Part shown: positions 25,352 to 39,200 of the stretch, piece by piece
How the letters are laid out: the number at the start of each line of letters is the position of its first letter
Position numbering within the stretch: position 1 is the first letter of the stretch
Source: Zygnema circumcarinatum SAG 698-1b
Lineage: Eukaryota; Plantae; Zygnematophyceae
Direction of reading: 5' to 3'
Length of the DNA stretch: 64,000 bases
Assembly: GCA_037447605.1 (NCBI GenBank)
Contig: CM074804.1
Span: 5,991,909 to 6,055,908 of the forward strand
Position numbers and translations under genes: made by a program
Notes under the pieces: generated by a model
The model's database searches: none
The model's input: the letters and a program-made list of their open reading frames with translations, nothing else
Told to the model about the DNA's origin: nothing

Positions 25352-28300
25352 ATGTCTGCTGATACAAATGGTTCTCGGCAATGGAGGGAGAAAGCTGGCA
25401 CACTTTTAAGCTCTTCCTGTAAGCTTCATTGTAGAAGATTTACAAAGACCTGTTGCATTTCTATTGTTTAGAGCTTTTACATAGAATGACTAACGGATAG
25501 TTTTAAAAACTCATGTCTGCTGACGCGGATGATCAATAACTGCATGACCAATACTTATTCGGGCATCCATCGAGTCTGATGCTAAAGAGATACCTTTATA
25601 AAGTCTAGGAGTCTGTTTAATATTTTAGTTCAGAAAAACTAACTCAGCGTTGTCGGCTGTTGGATCGTTGGTAACAGCTATGAAGCTGAAAGCGCTTGCC
25701 TCAAAGGCAGGCACAGCTGCAGCAGGAGCGGCAGAAGTAACAGGATCGAAGATGAAGACAACTTGGGAAACAACGCGGCAGGAGTGGAGCACAAAAGTTC
25801 AGCCTCGTGTGAATGCTGGACTAGAGACTGCCGCACGAGTGACAGTTGAAACCGGGTCCAAGTTTAAAACTGGCTTGATTGACGTTCGAGATAAGGCAGC
25901 AGCTTCGAAAGTGGGCCAGCAAATAAGTGAGGTGAGCATGCATTTGAAAGGAACTGATGTAGAAGTAAACGCCAAAATTCATATTGAGTTTTCACAATAG
26001 TTTTTCTTTTGACTTTCACGTTCCAGTTGTTTGGATGACATTCGCTTAACTGCTTTGGTACGTGACGTACGAGTCAATCACATTTGCTAAGGCAAGAGTA
26101 GCATAAGCATTTTGTCTAGGAACATTTTCGGTAAAGTCAGATGATGATGTTGACGATCTCTTCATGTAGGGCAGGAATGGAGCACTAAGGTGCAACCTAG
26201 AATGAATGCCGGCCTAGAGACTGCTGCGCGTGTGACAGTGGAGACGGGATCTAAATTGAAATCGGGATTCATTGAAGTTCGAGACAAGGCTGCGGCAACT
26301 AAAGTGGGACAGCAAATAAGTGAGGTGAAGTCTGGTTGCTTGATGTGGAGTTATTGACCAAGAGATCTGGATGCTGGTGGGAAGAGACTTCATAGAGGTG
26401 GCAACTTTTGCTATATGATGAATGGGAATTTTCTGCAGCTTGTCTAACGTTTCATAATATGCAATCATTTTTCCGATAATTACGTTGTGCTCCGTTCCAG
26501 TTGAACACCATTCAGCTGCTGAAATAAAGCTACAAGTTAACTTCGAGGTCTCTTGTTATACCCGAAACAGTGGTGCAGCACACTGCTGGCTTCGCGCGCC
26601 TGCCTATCTGTATTGCATGAGTTCTTATCATATGTTCATACAGTAGCAGTGTCGTGTGTTACGGCTCATCAGGGATTTGTGAACAGCGTATATTTGTCAC
26701 GACATACCCAAATCAGCTGATTGTTCAGACGGGTTGACTATTTATAAGCGTTTTCAGTAGGTGCGTAGTGCGACGGAAGGGTTGCACGATAAATGTATCC
26801 AGCAAAGATGAGGTTGACGATATGGCTTCATTGTACCTCCGTTTTCTATAGAGTGCGGCGGTATGACCGTAGAGTCGGCAGCTTGTTATTGAAAGTTAGT
26901 GGTTTTTTCTTTGGGCAGAGCTGTATGTGTCCAAGTGTCAATTCTGCGGTACGTCAGTGCAGGCGATATTGATAAAGGCTAACACATTCCTTTCTTGTTG
27001 GTCACAGGCTACCAGGGCATCATTTGCCAAGAGTAGAACGCTGCTTTCTAGAGTTAACTTCCGACAGAAGGTAGGCCAATTTTGCAGTTTATTATGCGGT
27101 TAACGGATTTTTTCCCCTCTACACTTCAGAAATTATTGCATGTTTGTGCACTGTTTATTTACACGGAGATCTGAGTAGGAGTTACATCAATCTTGTCTTA
27201 AGCATTAGAGGTACATGTGAAACGCCTTGCTTGCTATAAAAACACTGCTGGTGCATGCGGTTTTCGGCATTTTGACCGGTTCTGTTGATTATCCACTGGG
27301 CCAGTTTTTCATGTTGAGGAGGAAAGGGATGCTTTGGTGTTTTGCTCTGCTCAGTTGATTCTCTTCTCTTTTTGATTCATGGAATTAATGTAGGTCTCTC
27401 CCTGATTCTGTTCTTCCCCCTGGTGATTCCATGCAGAGCCGGAAAGACCCTAATGCAGGTAAGTCCCGGGCTTCCTTTTCCTGACGTCCTGCACCTCTCC
27501 TTCTGCCAAACAGTCTGTAGTATTGTAGGGCGGAGGACTATCTCTGCTGCATTACATAGGCAGCTTTCAGAGTTTCAAGAAGCAAGCAGTCTGGGTTATC
27601 GGATGCTAGATGAAGTGAGAGGTCAGTGTGTAATCATTATAAAAGCCTAGCCATCTGCCCACGTGTTGATGTTGGGAAGTCCTCTGTTATCGCAAATTTG
27701 ACTTCTCGTTTCTGCTTATGCTGCCGGATATCTTAGTTTTCTATTCCCTTTTCTTCTGCTGTCTATCTCGTTTTCCTTAGGCTCGTTCATGAAAGCGAAT
27801 TGCACCTGAAGTCCTTACCCTTGCCAATGGGCGTTTACAGTGTTTGGAGTGCCCTTAGACGTCTTAATCCAGCGGCAAGTGAGCGGACGGCCCGTTCCAC
27901 GAGTGGTAGCGCTGTGTTCAGACTACTTGTCGGCTCGAGGTCAGTTACATATGTGCCTTTTTTAATAAGGGACATAAGCTTTATGCCCATTATTATTATC
28001 TTTGGATCATCGTTAATTTTTTCCAGGATATTGTGGGATTTGTTCACGGGTAAATCCAACTATCAAAGTTTTTCCAAGCTGGTGAATCTTGAAGACGTGA
28101 AATCCTTGAGAGCTGAATAGGCCACCTTTCTGCAGAGCCTTGGAAGAGCTGATTGCTGGGCTCCCTGTTCAGCAATGGCTGCAAGACTCCACTTTTTGGC
28201 ATGAGAAGATGTATTTCTTCAGAAAGCAACAAGTTACCTTCGCAGACTAATTTTGACAGTTATAGATCATTTTATGGAGAGTTGTTCGTTGGAATAGTTG

Positions 28301-30027
28301 GGTGATACTATGGCTTCTTACCTCGTTATAAGCGCCTCACCTTCATGGTGGTTCATGGGCGATGAAGGTCCCATGTGTTTGACATGCAGTAGTTCCGTCC
28401 TTTTGCTTTCATTACAGGATGCGAATAAATTTTTTATCCGTGGCTTTGGCTATGGGCTGGAAGAGCTGAATATTGGTTGTTCAATGCCTACTCTAGCCTT
28501 CTACGACCTATGAATGAAGTGATAGAGTCTAAGTGGTAACTAAAGAGTATTAGCAGAAACCGTTGATGTGCAGGAAAACTGTTCCTGGGCGTGCTTTATG
28601 TCTTGGCTGCTCTTGCCATACTGTTGAAAGTTGTGAGTCTTTCTTAAACGACTTAAGGGTGGGGCTGCAGGCTTGACAACTACTTACCTTTTTGAAAGCG
28701 AAGGGAACAGTGAAGTAGTTACACGGCTGATGCGACTTTTTGACCAAGGTGGGCCTAATCTACCTTTTTTTAGAGTTTGCTGGCTGGTACATATGCTATC
28801 ACCTGTGGGTTCATTTGTAGACATATGGATGTGTTTCTCAGTAGATGAATTAGTTCCTGTTTGATTATTTGAGGCAGCTAGCAATGGCTATCGATATGAC
28901 TCTACTTGTATGTCTGTATGATCTGCTTCGTAGTGGAGTGAATGCACAATGTGGCCATTATGCGCGTCACTGACAATGTCCGGACCACATGTCTGGACTT
29001 ACCTTGTGAAGGAGGTGATGGTGCTTGCCTTGGTTACTTCGTGCACCCAAGTTGGCTCAGTCATTTTCTCTCATGTATCCCTGCCCTGAATTTCTGTCCT
29101 TTTCCTTACCAGATTCCAACGCATCGATTCCACTTGGGACGAGTTCATTGGATGTGGCGCAGCTTCTTATGGTCTATTTTCGGAGTCTCCCTGAGCCAAT
29201 CCTTACTTACGAACTCTACGATCCAATTGTTGAAATTGGTTCCCCTAATGTCCAACGGCTTCGTGAACTTATTGCATCCCTGCCTCCAGCAAACCAGGCC
29301 ACGCTCGAGTGCATAACTGAATTGCTGATGCATGTCAGTGAGAAGTCGGCTTTTAATAAGGTAGGGGCACACTTTTCCTCTTCGACTCTGCTCGTGAATA
29401 GACTTTATAGAATAGTTCTCCTGCGATGAAATTGTGGACCTGCCCTGCCTTTGTGAATCGTGGAGGTCTCCCTTCTAATGGTGCATATCCCTGACTGCCG
29501 CTGTCCATGTTCCCTTTAGATGGATGCTAGAAGTCTAGCCACGGAATTTGCTCCCCTACTTCTCTGGAGGAAAGGAGCAGTTGGGAGCATTTCTGCAGCT
29601 TCTGGCCCCCTATCGCGTGTACGATCGTCCAGCTCTGATCCGGACTTAGCAGACAAGGGCATAGAGTCGCCAAGGAAGACCAGCAAGGAGTCTCCACTCT
29701 TGGACAATGCTGCAGCGCCGTCCGTGCTCAGCAGCAGGAATGAAGATGCTGGTGAGTGCATTCTGTAAGGATTGTGGTGTGTGCTGAATCGTGCAGTTCA
29801 GAATGCTTCAACCATTGAACCCGTTTTGTCTCCTGATATAGAAGGCGCCGCCATTGCTGATGCCATGACGCTGTCCCATGTTTACTTCAGGCGGTATCGA
29901 ACCTGATGTCCATGGGGAGGAAGAGCCGAGCCGAGATCAATGGGCCATTGTGGAGGCGGTCCTCTGTATGGTGGAGCAGCACGAGGCTGTGTTCACAAAT
30001 CTGCGTCCAGAGTTGGCTGAACGATAG
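25352..30027 (+). CDS. RhoGAP-domain protein, At5g61530-like
   Basis: MSADTNGSRQWREKAGTLLSSS; VFGVPLDVLIQRQVSGRPVPRVVALCSDYL; GLTTTYLFESEG; DVAQLLMVYFRSLPEPILTYELY; NQATLECITELLMHVSEKSAFNK|MDARSLATEFAPLLLWRK; last exon WAIVEAVLCMVEQHEAVF...*. All splice sites canonical. Confidence 0.88.
26175..26324 (+). repeat. 150-nt exon duplicating 25782-25931 of the preceding RhoGAP exon
   Basis: EWSTKVQPRVNAGLETAARVTVETGSKFKTGLIDVRDKAAASKVGQQISE versus EWSTKVQPRMNAGLETAARVTVETGSKLKSGFIEVRDKAAATKVGQQISE. The copy is flanked by cag| and |gtgaag, phase 0/0. Confidence 0.9.
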
Positions 30028-31957
30028 CAAGCAACGACCCCCGAAAGCAGCAGCTTCTGACTTGCCAGCCGCAGTAGCTTTTAAACCTTACTTTCGTATT
30101 TTGAGCAGGATAGTTCACTTCCCGTGCTAGTAGTTCCTTTGGGAGTCAAATGTGCCCAGTTTAGACCTTTGGAAGGAAAGCTGATGTTGAGGGCATCCCA
30201 GAGTAGTTTAAACAGAACTGGTCAGCAGCGAGCAGCGGGTACTCAGCAGGTTTTTTATTTGGTCAGATATGAGGGCAGTTTTTTGCGAAATCACTGTTTA
30301 CATATCGCGTCATTAGCAATATCCATTTAATAGAGTTCAGAATAATAAGCGGTGATAGGCTTACAAGCATTTTCATTATTCTTCTTCGTCTTGGGGTGTC
30401 GTAGATAGCGCTGTAGTGCTTAGTGCTGTAGCGGATGGTTTCATGTATAGTTTTCAACTTGGATATTTTATAAATTGAATTAATAATTACTGAACAGGGG
30501 CATCCGTGAAGTAATGGTGTGGGGTGGGAATGACGGCATGACTTGTGAGGTGATGATGAGGGGCTGTACGTTGGAGCTCTCTCATATGCTTCTCCATCTG
30601 CAGGACGCAAAACCTCCAACTCAACATGTTTTTAGCCAGCTTAGGCTTTTGGTTTCTCAGTTTCCTCGCTTTCGGTTAACAATCCAAAAATGAAAAAGAA
30701 AATGACTGCAATCAAGTGCTTGACGAAGTTCCCTCAACAAAAAAAAAAAAACACAGGTGGATGACGAATGTCACTGAAACAGCAGTCAGATGGTCCTTTT
30801 CAAATCCCCATCTTTCCACGAGAGCTACCAAAGCAGTGGAACTCTACACAACCCTACGCCGACAGCAGTGTTATGCTTATCATCCTCGTTGTTGGAAAAA
30901 ACAATTCAAAATCTGCTTCTCCATTCCGGGACAAATCACAACTCTACAACCTCGCCAGACCTGCAATAAATTTAGGGTTTGCTTGCTCGTGGTTTCCCCG
31001 AAGGCTACCGCCAAGGCAGAAACGGCCCTTGCATGCAGGGGACGGCAAAGCACGCCCTGCAAAGGTGAAATTGGCGTTGACTTTTGGGTTCGGGTGGTAC
31101 ACTCCGCCGTGGATCCGCTCATCAGCCGGTGGATCGCTGCACGTTTGACCCCGCTTGGAACACTGACTGTTCAACTGAAGCAGCTCACTCGCTCGTCAGT
31201 GCCACACCCTATGCCTCTCTGCGCCCTCGCGCCATCGGGCAGGAAGCTGCTTCTCGCCATATGGTGTCATCAAGGTAATTTGTAGCGCCAAAAAAAGCAA
31301 ATCCCCTTTCTACGAATGTAGTTTTCCCTTTTTTCTCTATTTTGAGGCGCAGGAGGTATGAAAATGGAGAGAAGTTGTTACGAGATCAAGTCTGCTGACA
31401 ACATTAACTGAGCCAGAAACGAATGAAGAAGACATGCCTCGCTTACATCAGAAAAATAAAATTCTGTTAAAGCCGGGCAAGCCGAAGGCACTTGCAAGTA
31501 CGGCTATGTTTGCATGTATGCCGTTCGTACTTGAACATGACATGCATTTCGAAGAAGGCTAAATTAATCGGCGTGCTTTAATTCTTCAGGTACTATTTAA
31601 AGACGCACAATGCTGCTCTTCCAGAATGCAATGCCGTTGTGTGCCTCGCGAAAGGATTAAAGTACCAAGATGTTGTTTGATGGGACTTTAAAACGGAGGT
31701 ACTGAAACGTGCTTTCTTCCTTTCTTTCCTAGAGCCCCCTACCCTATCCAGAAAGAAAGAATTTCAGGCAGTTATCTCGTTATTTTTCTTCAACTCTTAC
31801 TTGTCCAGATCTATTTTGTTCAAGGTTTAAAGTGCGTGTTCCATTGTCTCCCGTGCTTGTCCATGGAACCGTTTCCCCGTATAGCCCATTTGAGTGTTTC
31901 AACCTTCTTAATATCCTTTTTGGGTCTCACCGTTCCATGCTCCTGACGGTGTCGCAG

Positions 31958-34900
31958 ATGGGAGATGGAGACCAACGGAAGCACAGAATATTGATGGTGT
32001 CTGATTTTTTTTATCCAAATTTTGGAGGTGTAGAGAATCATATTTATTATTTGTCTCAATGCCTACTCAAACGGGGGCATAAGGTCAGGATTAATTCTTT
32101 TTCTTCCCATGATCTTTTTGACCCCATTGTATGTGCCGGATGATTGTCCTCAGGACTAGCTTCTTGCCAGTGGTGAATGAAGCAAAAGGGATGCTAGAAG
32201 CTAATGGAAGATTCGCTTAACCTATCCTCTTTGTCACTCCCATTGCGAAACTGTCTATGCTTCCAAGTGCTTTCCCATCGGTCGCCATACTTGGCGAGAC
32301 TATCTTTCCCAATACTAGTCGTCAAGCAATTGTCATCTTGGTTTATTTCTAAAGACTTTATTGCAAAGCATCTTAATGCACTGAATACTCTGAGTTTTGG
32401 TTTCCCCACTTCTTTTCTCGTCTTTGTCTTCTTCGTGCTTCGCCTGCCTAGCAGGTGGTTGTCCTCACACACGCCTATGGAAACCGTTCTGGAGTTCGAT
32501 GGATGACAAATGGTTTGAAGGTGTATTATGCTCCTCGGCTCACCTTCTACCTGCAAAACACTCTGCCCACAGTATGGGGCACGCTGCCCCTCCTGCGCTC
32601 CATCGTACTGCGTGAGCGCATCACTCTGCTTCATGGACACCAAGCCTTTTCCACTCTCTGCCACGAGGCCCTCCTGCATGCTCGAACTCTCGGGTTGCCA
32701 GTGGTTTTTACCGACCATTCGCTCTATGGATTTGCAGATCTAGGGAGCATTCACATGAATAAGGTAGGACTGCAGAATGCTGGAGAACAATGGTTATCGC
32801 CTGTTTGGCCTGTGTTTGATTCGATGGCCCGTTTTTGGAAGATGACAGAAGCACGTTTTCACCTAGAATGCTTCTCCACCTTCTCCTACAGGTCCTGCAG
32901 TTCACTCTGGCCGACGTCCATCATGCTATATGCGTCTCTCACACGAGCAAAGAGAACACCGTTCTTCGTTCCGGTATTCCTCCCCATCGAGTCTCTGTCA
33001 TCCCCAACGCTGTCGACGCGTGCATGTTCCGCCCGGACCCTTCGCGGCGTCACGCAGACCGGATCACCATCATAGTGCTGAGCCGACTCGTTTACAGGAA
33101 GGGAGCCGACCTCTTGGTGGAGGTTATTCCTGAAGTGTGCCGGCAATATCCCCAGGTAGGACCCTCTGCTTCATCACCCTGTTGTATAGCTCCTGCAGGT
33201 GACTGCATGGAGTCTCGACTTCTCCCACTTCAGGCCTCGGCTGTGTATGTGCATCCCTGATCGATTTCACGTGTTGTTTGATGCCCGTCTTGAACATGTT
33301 AGATGGTTTACCGGCTGTTATTTCAGCACTTGTTTGATTTCATTTGTTAGAGTGATTCGTCGCACTACGGAGCATTTTGAAAACCTCCGTGGATGAAGAA
33401 ATGGCGTTCATGGAAGCGCCGGTTTTCATGTTCCTGGTCTTTTCCCCCTCACGGGTCTCGCCAGGTCCACTTCATTGTGGGAGGCGATGGTCCGAAGCGC
33501 GCAGCGATCGAGGAGATGCGCGACCGCCATGGCCTGCACGCGCGGGTGGTCATGCTCGGGGCAGTGCCGCATGCGCATGTGCGCTCGGTGCTCACTCAAG
33601 GGCACATCTTTTTGAACAGGTACGCAGAGACAGAGGAAGCTAAGCTGCTTCACAATGTTTGCGAGTGGTTTCCCCTTCCTGTTGCAGGTGGGGCTGATGG
33701 GGTCAGTTGCTTTACATTGTTACATTGTTTTTGGGCCCAGTTCTGCAAAAAATGTGTACAATGAGAAGCATGCTCGCAGTTCTGGACTTGTTGCCATTGT
33801 CATCTCTCTCTCCTTGTCGCCATTGCCCTCCTTTTGCTAGTAAGTTGAGGGGCTTGGTGCCGGGCAGCTCCCTCACGGAGGCCTTCTGCATTGCCCTCCT
33901 CGAGGCGGCGAGCTGCGGCCTCCTCGCTGTCAGCACGCGCGTCGGGGGAGTCCCAGAGGTGGGCCCTCTCCGGTCCTGTTCGTGGTTTGTGAGTGAAGGG
34001 GCCGGGAGGACTACCCCGCTCTGCACTTGAACGAATTATCTGAATAGGAGCACTGACTTTTGGAGAGCAGCGGAGATGCCTCTACAGGTGTCGTATGGGT
34101 TTCGACGCGTGGCTTTTCAGACTTGTTGTCGCTTGCAGAGGACTCAGGCCCTGTTCGGAGGGGGAGGGGGGCAGGTGTTGCCGGCCGACATGATGGTGCT
34201 GGCCGATACTCGGCCTCCTGCTATTGTGGCTGCAATAGGGGAGGCCATAAACAGGTTGCCAGATATCAATCCCTGGTCTTTGCACCACAGGGTAGGCCAT
34301 TGTCTTCCTTGAGACCACCCGTTGCGGGCTGCATGTGAAGGCAGAATAGCTTCTTGACAGAATGAATCGCTGGTGTGATGCTGCCAGAAGGAAATTTGAG
34401 GGGTTATTTAGGAGTACCAATCTTTGCTTGCAATTAAAGGTGGATATTGCAAGGGCCTGCAGCTCAGCTATATTCAGTCGCTGCATATTGTACGAATGGT
34501 CAGGGATTCATGCATAGTCGTGAATACAAAGTTGAATAGAGTGTGTAGCAAGGAAGCACTATGTTGCAGGCGGCCGCCATGTACGATTGGCGCAGTGTGG
34601 CGCGGCGCACTGAGTGCGCGTACGGGCGGGCGGCGATGGCGGAGAGGGAGACCCTCCTCGCCCGCCTTGCAAGGCGAGCCGGGGGACCCCTGCACTCTCT
34701 ATTGATTTGCGCTTCTCTCTCGCTTGGAAATGCATTTGCTTCGTGCAACTCCCTTCAGGAAACAAGAGCAGGAATGGACGTGAATGTAGTTACCGAAGCA
34801 GCCTAATGATTAGAATAGCATCGACAGATTTCTGTCACTTGTATGGGTTAGTGCCCAGTGAAAGAAGTCAGACAGGGCCTTATAGCGTGGAAGGTTGGGC

Positions 34901-35553
34901 TGCTCTGCCATTGTTGCAGGTATTACGCATGCGGCCCGTGGGCAGGAAAGCTATTCTGCTTAGTAGCCATCATCAACCACCTTTTCTGCCGCCTTCTCGA
35001 TTTCTGGCAGGTATGTGACTAGATACTTTGCCCTTTTGTAACCTGTCGAGAAAGTCATCAGAGCATGGACGAAAGCATGTCTTTTTTTGTTTTAGGACCA
35101 TGTTTGAAGGAGACAGCAGAAGCTGAATGTGTGGTCAATACAGAGTAAGCAGCTCTCCTAGTGACTGGCAGTAGTAGAAGGATGTGCAATCAGGCGAAGC
35201 ATCCAACGAAGAGGATTTGACAGAGAAAGGAAGACTTTTCGATCGTTCATTCCCTTTTGTAATTGCCGATTTAAAGCTCAGTTGTTGTTTGCAACATTGG
35301 CCTCTGTGGTCAACAGTGCCAGTAGCCCAAGCTGTATGGAATGCATTGCCCTACCCTTTCCCCTTTTGAGCCTGACGAGATGATGCTATGCCAAAAGTTT
35401 ACCGCACATATGAGAACATGGTGAATTTTGGAGAAGACTATTGAAGGATTGAAGCGTTTTAGGGTTCAGCCTGCAGAAGGTGTTGACATTGCGCCGGACT
35501 GTCCTCCCGAAGCTTTCGCGGATGCTGCGCCGCTCTCAGACAAGGTCCCGTGA
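31958..35553 (+). CDS. PIGA: Phosphatidylinositol N-acetylglucosaminyltransferase subunit A (GPI biosynthesis, SETH2-like)
   Basis: [122 protein letters not shown]; stop TGA 35551-35553. Confidence 0.95.
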
Positions 35554-36293
35554 AGGGCGAGCGGCGGCAACTGAACAGATCAGAACCTGGTTTGTCTGGC
35601 AGCGCTGCCAACGGTTACCAATACTTGCTTTATTTTTATTGATAGAATTCATTTATTGATAATACTCATTTACCAACATTTACTACCAACATCCATGCAA
35701 TTTTCTTCATTTCTGTGATTTTTCTCTTCAATAAAGCCTTTCTTATGAGGAAGACATGGAAATGATGCTTGGCCAATACTCACATAATGAACCGACACAG
35801 ATTCAAATTACATGTAATCAATTTGACAAACGGTGTCAAACACCACAAGAGAGTGCAGACGCTGTCTTTACAGTACTCCAAAAGCCGGCTATTTTCTATA
35901 AAGTGTAGGACGGTGCTACAAATCTAAAGCCTACTGTCTCTGCCTCCGCAAACAATGCTTGCACATGGGGCGAGCCCACCCCACCAAAAAATAAGAATCC
36001 AATCGCCTGTACATGGCCTGAGCCTGGGCGTGACTCCGCCCTCTTATAAGAGCATTTCTTTCAAGTCTATACCTCCAATATAGAGCAATGCCCCACTTAG
36101 GATGCAGATACTAACCACACAGCAAGCCAAGAGTAAGAAACTGCTCAACTATGATGAACAGCTCTGGTATATACCATACTAGAGTGGCTGCCAAACAATA
36201 CAAAGAACGAAGTTCGTAGTGCCGATATGGAGGCTGATCATAAGCTCCATTTCAGAACACCACCGTTCTCAAACTTTGCGAGGGTCTGTCTCA

Positions 36294-39200
36294 TTATGTG
36301 CTCCGCGTAAAAAGAAGAGATGCTCCTGTTGCCCCTCTGACAACCATGAGCCGCCTGTCGAGAGAAGTGACACAGAGCAGCGCCGTCAAATCGAACATCT
36401 CCCGCGGTATCTGCAGCCGCACCTCTCGCAGGACCTCCCCCATGTGCACGCCGCCGTCCGGAGGGGTGTCTGAGCTCAGCTCCACCTCCAACTCACCCGC
36501 GATCAGCTGCACTGCGGGAATGGAGGGCTGACCTTCCAACGACTGCTTACTAACATGCACTTTCTTCCGTTTCCTTAGAACCGATTGAAGCTGTGCTTCC
36601 AGACTGGGCCCTCCCTCTTCTTCCCGGTCCTCCACAGAAGGCTTGTACACTCGAGCCCCGAAGGCGACCGAAACATCGCATGAGCTTGTGAGCAGGCCGG
36701 CCTGTCCGCTCTTGTTGTGCGGCCACTCCCCGCGGGGAGGCATCGCTGTGAAGTGCACCTCCGCCCGGAGAGTGGTGGAGGGCAATGATGATGGGCTGCT
36801 CTCGGGCGAGGAGAGGATCGAGAGGAAGACGTCTCCGATGCGCACAGGGGGAGAGGCCTGCAAGGAGGGGGTCGCATGTTACCTTTGCAGTTTTGCACTT
36901 CCGGAAATTGTAGATTTCCAACCAAGTTTATTAGGTCAGAAAGTGCTCTCACATCACTTTTGCATTGATGCGTCAGTATGAAGCAAGCAGGCGGGGCAAA
37001 GTGGAACGAAAACCAAAGGAATTACAAAATACAGTAACACTTCCAGATGTGAAGTATCTTGAGGATTTTGGTTCAAGCTGACCTGTCGTAGGGTGGTCCC
37101 CACGAGACGGCCCGTGTGATAGAGCAGCCGCCACTTCCCTGGTGACAGACTGCTCCATTTCTGCACCGTAAAACGTTCCATTTCATATCAACTTCTCTGC
37201 CAGCACTGCATCCGCTACTGGGAAAAACCCAACTTATTATGCTTCAACTGCTTGGCATGTACCCTCTTACCCACCTCAGGTGTAGCTGGCACACTCGTCT
37301 TCTCAAGAAGCTCAATCAACTGCTGCAGGCGGTCCCTCTGCAAGCCCTCCAATTTTCAGCGTTCACATCAGCATCTCCTCCATATGATACTCCACTCCAG
37401 CAACCTCCCCACAGCCAATACGACATCTTCTCCTTGTTCCCATGCCCGTCTCTTTAACCCATGCATTTGACCCAAAACAAAAATAAAAATAAAAAACCCT
37501 CCAAAAACTCCAAACTCCTCCTCATGAAGCGGCCAAGTTTCCAGTTTGAAACTGGCCTGATCCGGCAGATAAATGAAATCCTCTCCCATGCGAACCGCCG
37601 CCGATCCGACCCCCCAACGGAGCAAAGAGGGCGCCCCCTCCCCCCGCCGCCACCGCGGACCGCAGAGGAAAGGGTGGCGGAGGGCGGCCAAGCAGCTGCG
37701 CAGGTGAAGACTGCTTTAGAAACTCTTCTGTTCAGCCCTTCAATTTTGAGCTTACATGTATATAAGTAGAGTCGGAGGCATTCTGTGTGGAAGTAAAGCT
37801 TTAAGAACGCACCTAATGCGCGCGGATGGGGTCGGTTCTAGCATCGCTGCAAGCAGGTGCCATCCCGCACCGCCATCGCGGTCTAACATCTGCAAAAATC
37901 ACATGGAAAGGGCGGGAAGAGTGTGCTGGATTGCAAGGGAATGAACCACGTGACCATAGTCTGTGGCAACTGGCTCGCCATCGCAGCCGTTGAAACATTC
38001 CACACGCATCTGAACGGATATGCATAGCGTGCATCTTCAGAGGCGATGTGCGAATTCAGTAGGCAAGTCCATTTCTAGCAGTAAGGTCCAAAAAATAGCA
38101 AACCGAATATGACAATCAACGGTACAATCAACGGTACAGACAACGGCAATCTGCAAATTACAGTGAATCTCACCTGCATGCCCGCATTGTTGTGGGCCTG
38201 CTCCCTGCAGAGGATGGGCCGCAAATACTCCCTCAGGGCGGCAGGATGATGGCCCTGCCCCTCCCCATCGCCCCCTCCACTCACTTTTCAGCTGCTGCTC
38301 CCCTTTGCGCCCCCGCTTCTGCAAGGACAAAGAGACCTCTGCCTCTCCTCCCATTCGGCCGACAGAGGAGTGCCGTCCGTACCTTTCGCAGAAAGTCGGC
38401 GAGATGAGCGAAGGCCTGCGGTTCGATGAGTTCGCGGAGGACCATTCGAGCCATCATGAGACCAACGCTCCTGCATCATCATCATCATCGCATGGCATGG
38501 CATGGGGGCCCTCAGGGAGGGCCATAGGGAATAGGTCCCAAGGCCGGAAAGGTTTTACAACAAACAAGGTCAGAGCCTTCCGGGTTTAGCTTCAACGAAA
38601 AGGAACCCACCTCACATCAGCAGCAATCATGCGCTGCTTTTGAGATAAATCTCCCGATGATTCATGCGGAAAATCGACCGCTCTCCCGAGCATTCCCACC
38701 TGCCATGTTGAGAGAAGAGAAGTGAAGGTGAGGGACAGGTGCGCTGGGTACAGCAGCCATGGCTGAAAGGACAATTTGCAGAAACGGCTATCAGCTGACC
38801 TTGACTCTGCGGTCCGCTGCGCTGATTTGCACGTTTTGAAGGCGGATGTCGAGATGGGCCATGCCTCGGCTGTGCAAATAGTTCACCTGATAGGGAACCA
38901 GTGAGTGGAAGAAAAAACAGGTTGTGAGAAACAGAGATAACCAAAGAATGAGCCCTTCCGATTGCAACCAAGTTTGAACCTTCAATTCAAAACCCCACAC
39001 CGCCAAAGATACTCCTTACTTCAATGGGCATCCTGACTCCGCAGCGAGCGGCCCATTTCTTCTTCATTTCTTTCCCTCTCCCTCCCCTCCCCTCCCCCTC
39101 CCCTCCCCTCCCCCCTCCCCTCCCCCCTCCCCTCCCCCCCTCCCCCTCCCCCTCCCCCTCCCCCCTCCCCCTCCCCCTCCCCCTCCCCCCTCCCCCCTCC

